Assembly: GCA_965649765.1 (NCBI GenBank)
Contig: OZ287756.1
Span: 55,056,001-55,120,000, forward strand
Source: Bispira polyomma
Taxonomy: Eukaryota
Direction of reading: 5' to 3'
DNA length: 64,000 nucleotides
In this document: piece by piece, positions 52,001-61,410 of the stretch
Layout: the number at the start of each line of letters is the position of its first letter
How positions within the stretch are numbered: the stretch's first letter is position 1
The notes under the pieces: generated by a model
The model's database searches: none
Seen by the model: only the letters and a program-made list of their open reading frames with translations
Told to the model about the DNA's origin: nothing
Program-made: the position numbers and the translations under genes

Positions 52001-52990
52001 CACACATCAAATTATATCAAACAAATCAACTTATAGCTGTGGCTGCCTATTTAATTTCATTCATTAATTGGTTGACATGATTACCACCACTCAAGCCAGT
52101 TAAGCTACTTAATAACACATCCAGTTAGACAAAAAAATCAACATACAGCTGTGGCTTCCTATTTAATTTCAATTATGAAAGGATGAACATGGTTACTATG
52201 ACTAAATTCAGTTAAGCTATTTTATATGTAGTCCTTATAAACAAATCAAGTAATACATGGTTCCCATTGTATCAATGTATCATCAATTAAATCGATGGAA
52301 AGGCACAGTTAAAGGATAGGCTTACATCAATTTAGGCAGTTTTTAATAGAGATTTTCAATCAATCAAATGTAAATTCATCATCAAAACAAGCAATATATT
52401 TTAAGGAATAAGGTTATGAGCTTTCAATAGTGGATTTTAAACCTTAGTTATTATGAAAAAAAGCATAGTGAGAGGATAAGCTTACTTATTTGGGACAATT
52501 TAAATAAAGTATACATTATAAATGTCGGAAAACAGGCAATGACTAGAACATTTAATAATGAACTTTAAACCTGTCATTTCATTAAAAAAAATAACATAAA
52601 ATCATCATTGTGTGAATTAATTATTATTAAAACATTTACGATCTCTAGTTTTCAATTTTTATCCAATCTCAAGTTTGGCCAGTTTTCCTCAGACAATTCT
52701 GTGACAAGTGTGGATAAAACACATAGTTCATTTAATCCTTCAATACAAATAATATTAGGTGATATTTTGTAAGCATTTTCTCTGACTGTCTGCACTACTT
52801 ATACAATATCACAAACTGTGATTATTTAAATCTAAGTTTATTCACCGCAAAATTCTGTATGCATAATTTCATCTGGTTTTCAATATAAGTAATTGTTTTA
52901 TTACAGATATCCAAGATTACATACAGAGTTTTCTAAATTTGAATAAAATTGTGTATATGTTTTTAAAAGGTTATATGTACCTAATTACAG

Positions 52991-53257
52991 ATCATGCTTA
53001 TCATTAGTTCTTCACAGAGCTGTCAGCTGTGCACTGAAGTCCACAGTGGAGACGTTACTCTCAATTCCTGGAGTGGATGTTAATGTTAAAGATCAGGAGG
53101 GTAGAACACCCCTGATGGTGATTGGTATGAGCGTGGTGGATTGGGTTGACATGGGAGACCTTGATGACCTTGATCACAATTTATGTGGTATAATTAGACT
53201 GTTACTTGAACACCAGGCTGACATGAATGTAAAAGACAATACAGGAACCGGTGTCAG
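52991..53257 (+). CDS. Ankyrin array exon 1 (267 nt, loop type A: SVVDWVDMGDLDDLDHNL)
   Basis: TTACAG|A acceptor, CAG|GTAACA donor, phase 2-2, open frame SCLSLVLHRAVS...GRTPL...QADMNVKDNTG. Confidence 0.88.
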
Positions 53258-53806
53258 GTAACAAAGAATGTTTTACTTTATACTCTGTGGTTTATCAATG
53301 AGTATCAACCAAATAGTTGACACAGATATATTATGCCAGCTCTGAGCTACTTTATACTCTAGAATGTAGTAAACATAATTGTCTGTTCGAGCAGCTATAT
53401 TACTTATACCTTATACTTAACATATAATATTGTCTAATGTCCCTAACATAATGCAATTTAAAAATGAAGTGAATTGTTTGAAACACAAAATAATGTAAAC
53501 CTAGCCGGAATGTAGCACTTGTCTCAAAAAAAATCTTAAATTTGTTACGTACGTATGATAATTAGTTAGATACAGACATTAAAATATCACATAACAGGTA
53601 AATGTTAATGCTATTAATACAATATCACAAACTGTGATTATTTAAATCTAAGTTTATTCACCGCAAAATTCTGTATGCATAATTTCATCTGGTTTTCAAT
53701 ATAAGTAATTGTTTTATTACAGATATCCAAGATTACATACAGAGTTTTCTAAATTTGAATAAAATTGTGTATATGTTTTTAAAAGGTTATATGTACCTAA
53801 TTACAG

Positions 53807-53903
53807 ATCATGCTTATCATTAGTTCTTCACAGAGCTGTCAGCTGTGCACTGAAGTCCACAGTGGAGACGTTACTCTCAATTCCTGGAGTGGATGTTAAC
53901 GTT
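53807..53903 (+). pseudogene. Partial array exon (5' third, no donor)
   Basis: 190-bp duplication that runs into intron sequence and a stop (VLLQIFKITYRVF*). Confidence 0.85.
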
Positions 53904-53996
53904 TTATTACAGATATTCAAGATTACATACAGAGTTTTCTAAATTTGAATAAAATTGTGTATATGTTTTTAAAAGGTTATATGTACCTAATTACAG

Positions 53997-54093
53997 ATCA
54001 TGCTTATCATTAGTTCTTCACAGAGCTGTCAGCTGTGCACTGAAGTCCACAGTGGAGACGTTACTCTCAATTCCTGGAGTGGATGTTAACGTT
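53997..54093 (+). pseudogene. Partial array exon (5' third, no donor)
   Basis: Second 190-bp duplication with the same breakpoint. Confidence 0.85.
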
Positions 54094-54186
54094 TTATTAC
54101 AGATATTCAAGATTACATACAGAGTTTTCTAAATTTGAATAAAATTGTGTATATGTTTTTAAAAGGTTATATGTACCTAATTACAG

Positions 54187-54480
54187 ATCATGCTTATCAT
54201 TAGTTCTTCACAGAGCTGTCAGCTGTGCACTGAAGTCCACAGTGGAGACGTTACTCTCAATTGCTGGAGTGGATGTTAACGTTAAAGATCAGGAGGGTAG
54301 AACACCCCTGATGGTGATTGGTATGAGTGTGGAGGATTGGATTCACAGGGGAGACCTTGATGACCTTGATGACCTTGATGACTTTAATGACCTTGATCAC
54401 AATTTATGTGGTATAATTAGACTGTTACTTGAACACCAGGCTGACATGAATGTAAAAGACAATACAGGAACCGGTGTCAG
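54187..54480 (+). CDS. Ankyrin array exon 2 (294 nt, loop type B: SVEDWIHRGDLDDLDDLDDFNDLDHNL)
   Basis: Same splice sites, open frame. Confidence 0.85.
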
Positions 54481-55030
54481 GTAACAAAGAATGTTTTAAT
54501 TTATACTCTGTGGTTTATCAATGAGTATCAACCAAATAGTTGACACAGATATATTATGCCAGCTCTGAGCTACTTTATACTCTAGAATGTAGTAAACATA
54601 ATTGTCTGTTCGAGCAGCTATATTACTTATACCTTATACTTAACATATAATATTGTCTAATGTCCCTAACATAATGCAATTTAAAAATGAAGTGAATTGT
54701 TTGAAACACAAAATAATGTAAACCTAGCCGGAATGTAGCACTTGTCTCAAAAAAAAATCTTAAATTTGTTACGTACGTATGATAATTAGTTAGATACAGA
54801 CATTAAAATATCACATAACAGGTAAATGTTAATGCTATTAATACAATATCACAAACTGTGATTATTTAAATCTAAGTTTATTCACCGCAAAATTCTTTAT
54901 GCATAATTTCATCTGGTTTTCAATATAAGTAATTGTTTTATTACAGATATCCAAGATTACATACAGAGTTTTCTAAATTTGAATAAAATTGTGTATATGT
55001 TTTTAAAAGGTTATATGTACCTAATTACAG

Positions 55031-55127
55031 ATCATGCTTATCATTAGTTCTTCACAGAGCTGTCAGCTGTGCACCTAAGTTCACAGTGGAGACGTTACTC
55101 TCAATTACTGGAGTGGATGTTAACGTT
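55031..55127 (+). pseudogene. Partial array exon (5' third, no donor)
   Basis: Third 190-bp duplication, carrying the private changes CCT AAG TTC. Confidence 0.85.
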
Positions 55128-55220
55128 TTATTACAGATATTCAAGATTACATACAGAGTTTTCTAAATTTGAATAAAATTGTGTATATGTTTTTAAAAGG
55201 TTATATGTACCTAATTACAG

Positions 55221-55505
55221 ATCATGCTTATCATTAGTTCTTCACAGAGCTGTCAGCTGTGCACTGAAGTCCACAGTGGAGACGTTACTCTCAATTGCTG
55301 GAGTGGATGTTAACGTTAAAGATCAGGAGGGTAGAACACCCCTGATGGTGATTGGTATGAGTGTGGAGGATTGGATTCACAGGGGAGACCTTGATGACCT
55401 TGATGTCTTTGATAACCTTGATCACAATTTATGTGGTATAATTAGACTGTTACTTGAACACCAGGCTGACATGAATGTAAAACACAATACAGGAACCGGT
55501 GTCAG
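55221..55505 (+). CDS. Ankyrin array exon 3 (285 nt, loop type B: SVEDWIHRGDLDDLDVFDNLDHNL)
   Basis: Same splice sites, open frame. Confidence 0.85.
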
Positions 55506-56054
55506 GTAACAAAGAATGTTTTAATTTATACTCTGTGGTTTATCAATGAGTATCAACCAAATAGTTGACACAGATATATTATGCCAGCTCTGAGCTACTT
55601 TATACTCTAGAATGTAGTAAACATAATTGTCTGTTCGAGCAGCTATATTACTTATACCTTATACTTAACATATAATATTGTCTAATGTCCCTAACATAAT
55701 GCAATTTAAAAATGAAGTGAATTGTTTGAAACACAAAATAATGTAAACCTAGCCGGAATATAGCACTTGTCTCAAAAAAAATCTTAAATTTGTTACGTAC
55801 GTATGATAATTAGTTAGATACAGACATTAAAATATCACATAACAGGTAAATGTTAATGCTATTAATACAATATCACAAACTGTGATTATTTAAATCTAAG
55901 TTTATTCACCGAAAAATTCTGTATGCATAATTTCATCTGGTTTTGAATATAAGTAATTGTTTTATTACAGATATCCAAGATTACATACAGAGTTTTCTAA
56001 ATTTGAATAAAATTGTGTATATGTTTTTAAAAGGTTATATGTACCTAATTACAG

Positions 56055-56312
56055 ATCATGCTTATCATTAGTTCTTCACAGAGCTGTCAGCTGTGCACTG
56101 AAGTCCACAGTGGAGACGTTACTCTCAATTACTGGAGTGGATGTTAACGTTAAAGATCAGAAGGGTAGAACACCGCTGATGGTGATTGGTATGAGTGTGA
56201 AGGATTGGCCTGACTGGAGAAGCTTTGATGACAGTTTGTGTGGTACAATTAGACTGTTACTTGAACACCAGGCTGACATGAATGTAAAAGACAATACAGG
56301 AACCGGTGTCAG
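56055..56312 (+). CDS. Ankyrin array exon 4 (258 nt, loop type C: SVKDWPDWRSFDDSL)
   Basis: Same splice sites, open frame. Confidence 0.88.
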
Positions 56313-56861
56313 GTAACAAAGAATGTTTTAATTTATACTCTGTGGTTTATCAATGAGTATCAACCAAATAGTTGACACAGATATATTATGCCAGCTCTGA
56401 GCTACTTTATACTCTAGAATGTAGTAAACATAATTGTCTGTTCGAGCAGCTATATTACTTATACCTTATACTTAACATATAATATTGTCTAATGTCCCTA
56501 ACATAATGCAATTTAAAAATGAAGTGAATTGTTTGAAACACAAAATAATGTAAACCTAGCCGGAATGTAGCACTTGTCTCAAAAAAAATCTTAAATTTGT
56601 TACGTACGTATGATAATTAGTTAGATACAGACATTAAAATATCACATAACAGGTAAATGTTAATGCTATTAATACAATATCACAAACTGTGATTATTTAA
56701 ATCTAAGTTTATTCACCGCAAAATTCTGTATGCATAATTTCATCTGGTTTTCAATATAAGTAATTGTTTTATTACAGATATCCAAGATTACATACAGAGT
56801 TTTCTAAATTTGAATAAAATTGTGTATATGCTTTTAAAAGGTTATATGTACCTAATTACAG

Positions 56862-57119
56862 ATCATGCTTATCATTAGTTCTTCACAGAGCTGTCAGCTC
56901 TGCACTGAAGTCCACAGTGGAGACGTTACTCTCAATTACTGGAGTGGATGTTAACGTTAAAGATCAGAAGGGTAGAACACCGCTGATGGTGATTGGTATG
57001 GGTGAGAAGGTTTGGCCTTACTGGAGAAGCTTTGATGACAGTTTGTGTGGTACAATTAGACTGTTACTTGAACACCAGGCTGACATGAATGTAAAAGACA
57101 ATACAGGAACCGGTGTCAG
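56862..57119 (+). CDS. Ankyrin array exon 5 (258 nt, loop type C: GEKVWPYWRSFDDSL)
   Basis: Same splice sites, open frame. Confidence 0.88.
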
Positions 57120-57668
57120 GTAACAAAGAATGTTTTAATTTATACTCTGTGGTTTATCAATGAGTATCAACCAAATAGTTGACACAGATATATTATGCCA
57201 GCTCTGAGCTACTTTATACTCTAGAATGTAGTAAACATAATTGTCTGTTCGAGCAGCTATATTACTTATACCTTATACTTAACATATAATATTGTCTAAT
57301 GTCCCTAACATAATGCAATTTAAAAATGAAGTGAATTGTTTGAAACACAAAATAATGTAAACCTAGCCGGAATGTAGCACTTGTCTCAAAAAAAATCTTA
57401 AATTTTTTACGTACGTATGATAATTAGTTAGATACAGACATTAAAATATCACATAACAGGTAAATGTTAATGCTATTAATACAATATCACAAACTGTGAT
57501 TATTTAAATCTAAGTTTATTCACCGAAAAATTCTGTATGCATAATTTCATCTGGTTTTGAATATAAGTAATTGTTTTATTACAGATATCCAAGATTACAT
57601 ACAGAGTTTTCTAAATTTGAATAAAATTGTGTATATGTTTTTAAAAGGTTATATGTACCTAATTACAG

Positions 57669-57935
57669 ATCATGCTTATCATTAGTTCTTCACAGAGCTG
57701 TCAGCTGTGCACTGAAGTCCACAGTGGAGACGTTACTCTCAATTACTGGAGTGGATGTTAATGTTAAAGATCAGGAGGGTAGAACACCCCTGATGGTGAT
57801 TGGTATGAGCGTGGTGGATTGGGTTGACATGGGAGACCTTGATGACCTTGATCACAATTTATGTGGTATAATTAGACTGTTACTTGAACACCAGGCTGAC
57901 ATGAATGTAAAACACAATACAGGAACCGGTGTCAG
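57669..57935 (+). CDS. Ankyrin array exon 6 (267 nt, loop type A)
   Basis: Same splice sites, open frame. Confidence 0.88.
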
Positions 57936-58484
57936 GTAACAAAGAATGTTTTACTTTATACTCTGTGGTTTATCAATGAGTATCAACCAAATAGTTGACA
58001 CAGATATATTATGCCAGCTCTGAGCTACTTTATACTCTAGAATGTAGTAAACATAATTGTCTGTTCGAGCAGCTATATTACTTATACCTTATACTTAACA
58101 TATAATATTGTCTAATGTCCCTAACATAATGCAATTTAAAAATGAAGTGAATTGTTTGAAACACAAAATAATGTAAACCTAGCCGGAATGTAGCACTTGT
58201 CTCAAAAAAAATCTTAAATTTGTTACGTACGTATGATAATTAGTTAGATACAGACATTAAAATATCACATAACAGGTAAATGTTAATGCTATTAATACAA
58301 TATCACAAACTGTGATTATTTAAATCTAAGTTTATTCACCGCAAAATTCTGTATGCATAATTTCATCTGGTTTTCAATATAAGTAATTGTTTTATTACAG
58401 ATATCCAAGATTACATACAGAGTTTTCTAAATTTGAATAAAATTGTGTATATGCTTTTAAAAGGTTATATGTACCTAATTACAG

Positions 58485-58742
58485 ATCATGCTTATCATTA
58501 GTTCTTCACAGAGCTGTCAGCTCTGCACTGAAGTCCACAGTGGAGACGTTACTCTCAATTACTGGAGTGGATGTTAACGTTAAAGATCAGAAGGGTAGAA
58601 CACCGCTGATGGTGATTGGTATGAGTGTGAAGGATTGGCCTTACTGGAGAAGCTTTGATGACAGTTTGTGTGGTACAATTAGACTGTTACTTGAACACCA
58701 GGCTGACATGAATGTAAAAGACAATACAGGAACCGGTGTCAG
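58485..58742 (+). CDS. Ankyrin array exon 7 (258 nt, loop type C: SVKDWPYWRSFDDSL)
   Basis: Same splice sites, open frame. Confidence 0.88.
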
Positions 58743-59291
58743 GTAACAAAGAATGTTTTAATTTATACTCTGTGGTTTATCAATGAGTATCAACCAAATA
58801 GTTGACACAGATATATTATGCCAGCTCTGAGCTACTTTATACTCTAGAATGTAGTAAACATAATTGTCTGTTCGAGCAGCTATATTACTTATACCTTATA
58901 CTTAACATATAATATTGTCTAATGTCCCTAACATAATGCAATTTAAAAATGAAGTGAATTGTTTGAAACACAAAATAATGTAAACCTAGCCGGAATGTAG
59001 CACTTGTCTCAAAAAAAATCTTAAATTTGTTACGTACGTATGATAATTAGTTAGATACAGACATTAAAATATCACATAACAGGTAAATGTTAATGCTATT
59101 AATACAATATCACAAACTGTGATTATTTAAATCTAAGTTTATTCACCGAAAAATTCTGTATGCATAATTTCATCTGGTTTTGAATATAAGTAATTGTTTT
59201 ATTACAGATATCCAAGATTACATACAGAGTTTTCTAAATTTGAATAAAATTGTGTATATGTTTTTAAAAGGTTATATGTACCTAATTACAG

Positions 59292-59558
59292 ATCATGCTT
59301 ATCATTAGTTCTTCACAGAGCTGTCAGCTGTGCACTGAAGTCCACAGTGGAGACGTTACTCTCAATTACTGGAGTGGATGTTAATGTTAAAGATCAGGAG
59401 GGTAGAACACCCCTGATGGTGATTGGTATGAGCGTGGTGGATTGGGTTGACATGGGAGACCTTGATGACCTTGATCACAATTTATGTGGTATAATTAGAC
59501 TGTTACTTGAACACCAGGCTGACATGAATGTAAAACACAATACAGGAACCGGTGTCAG
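59292..59558 (+). CDS. Ankyrin array exon 8 (267 nt, loop type A)
   Basis: Same splice sites, open frame; appears identical to exon 6. Confidence 0.88.
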
Positions 59559-59796
59559 GTAACAAAGAATGTTTTAATTTATACTCTGTGGTTTATCAAT
59601 GAGTATCAACCAAATAGTTGACACAGATATATTATGCCAGCTCTGAGCTACTTTATACTCTAGAATGTAGTAAACATAATTGTCTGTTCGAGCAGCTATA
59701 TTACTTATACCTTATAGTTAACATATAATATTGTCTAATGTCCCTAACATAATGCAATTTAAAAATGAAGTGAATTGTTTGAAACACAAAATAATG

Positions 59797-60490
59797 GCTA
59801 AACAGCTTAATGGATTTATATCCCAAGAAGGTATTGCGAATGTTACCCAATCTGCATACCGGAGATCCCACTCCACAGAGACCGCTCTACTCAAGATTCT
59901 AAATGATATAGCTATGTCTGTTGACATGGGAAAGGCAGTGCCCCTTACATTACTGGACCTCTCTGCAGATTTTGACATCAACAATCACTCCATTTTATAT
60001 GACTGTTTAACAGACTGGTTTGGAATTGATGGGACTGTATTGCTTTGGATCAAATCCTACCTCCTAGACTGTAAACAAAAAATCAAAATTGGTAGCAGTT
60101 TTTTCCTGAGGTCTTTTTGCTGCCCTTCGGTGTTCTCCAAGGTTCTGTCCTAGGTCCTCTGCTTTTTACCCTGTACACTACCCCCCTCAGTCAAGTCATT
60201 TCAAAGTTTAATTTTACCCATCACCTGTATGCTGATGACACACATATATACCTAGCACTGGACTCCAGGAACTTTGACTCAAGTATTGCCGAGCTCACTG
60301 ACTAAAATTAGTCCAGGAGTGGATGGATTGTGCAAAATTAAAGCTCAACCCAGATAAAACGGATTTCATTATTATAGGTAACAAACCCACCACAGAGTCA
60401 CTTACAGCAAAATTTGCTATTTCATTCCTCCAAAACAATATCACTCCGTCAGCAGAGGTAAAAAACCTGGGTGTCATCTTTGACTTGGAC
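59797..60490 (+). pseudogene. Internal RT fragment of an L2-like LINE, frameshifted
   Basis: [40 protein letters not shown] and LKLNPDKT are spread across three frames. Confidence 0.93.
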
Positions 60491-60761
60491 AGAAATGTAA
60501 CAATACTAAAGTTATAACTGTTAATTTGTATGCAGTTGCTTAAAATACAACTCCAAATATGTGTTTTGACATTTTTCCACTTTGGGACTGTGTCTTCTCA
60601 AATAATATTTTTTTAACTGCATTACAATGTTTTACTTTTAGCACTTATAAAATGTATGAATGTGCTGATATAGGTCAAAATATAACACAAAACAATCAGA
60701 AAAAGCTCCAAAAAATTAAAAATTCACAGTAAATTACATCATACAAACAACAGGCACAGAG

Positions 60762-61409
60762 TAGTCATGTTGCTCTCATCATGTAGATGTATGTGTTTTA
60801 GACATGTTGCTGTATATCATGTGTCTATGTGTGTTTTGTACATGTTGCACTCACTATGTATCTATATGTGTTGGGTACATGTGGCTGTAAGTAATGTACC
60901 TGAGTGTTTGGACTTGTTGCTCTTGCCATGTAGCTATATGTGTTTTAGACATGTTGCTCTCGCCATGTACTGATACGTGCTTCGAACATGTTGCTCTCAA
61001 CATGCACCTGTTTGTGTTTTGGACATGTTAATCTTGCCATGTACGTATATGTGTTTTAGGCATGTTGCTCTCGCCATGTACCAATATCTGTTATGGACAT
61101 GTTGCTTTCGCCATGTACCAATATCTATTTTGGACATGTTGCTCTCGCCATGTACCAATATCTGTTATGGACATGTTGCTCTCGCCATGTACCAATATCT
61201 GTTATGGACATGTTGCTCTCGCCATGTACCAATATCTGTTATGGACATGTTGCTCTCGCCATGTACCAATATCTGTTATGGACATGTTGCTCTCGCCATG
61301 TACCAATATCTGTTTTGGACATGTTGCTCTCGCCATGTACCAATATCTGTTTTGAACATGTTGCTCTCACCATGTACCAATATCTGTTTTGAACATGTTG
61401 CTCTCACCA
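60762..61409 (-). repeat. 37-bp minisatellite array, inverted relative to 45976-46782
   Basis: Period 37 (for example 61141 and 61178), with recently homogenised units at 61060-61409; interrupted by the L2 tail. Confidence 0.95.
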
Positions 61410-61410
61410 T

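Larger units (their letters stand above)
47966..53386 (+). repeat. Intragenic segmental duplication, copy B (runs into the first array unit)
   Basis: Collinear with 36047-44845. It lacks the 5.5-kb HINE and has about 2 kb of different sequence at 50850-52800. Confidence 0.9.
52801..59796 (+). repeat. Tandem exon-intron array, units of ~807-844 bp plus 190-bp partial duplications
   Basis: Eight complete ankyrin exons separated by near-identical 549-550-bp introns; truncated at 59796 by a LINE fragment. Confidence 0.97.

Noticed and set aside
52985-53258. Exon as a PIF/Harbinger transposon because of flanking TAA
   Set aside because: No terminal inverted repeats (TTACAGATC... versus ...GGTGTCAGG); TAA is part of the splice signals.
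53046-59562. Eight separate small genes starting METLLS
   Set aside because: The apparent starts are GTG codons inside a longer open frame, and the stops lie in the GTAA donor. AG/GT boundaries and matching phases indicate exons.
59731-60153. 140-aa ORF as a real chimeric gene
   Set aside because: It is a chance fusion of array intron sequence with a frameshifted LINE RT fragment.
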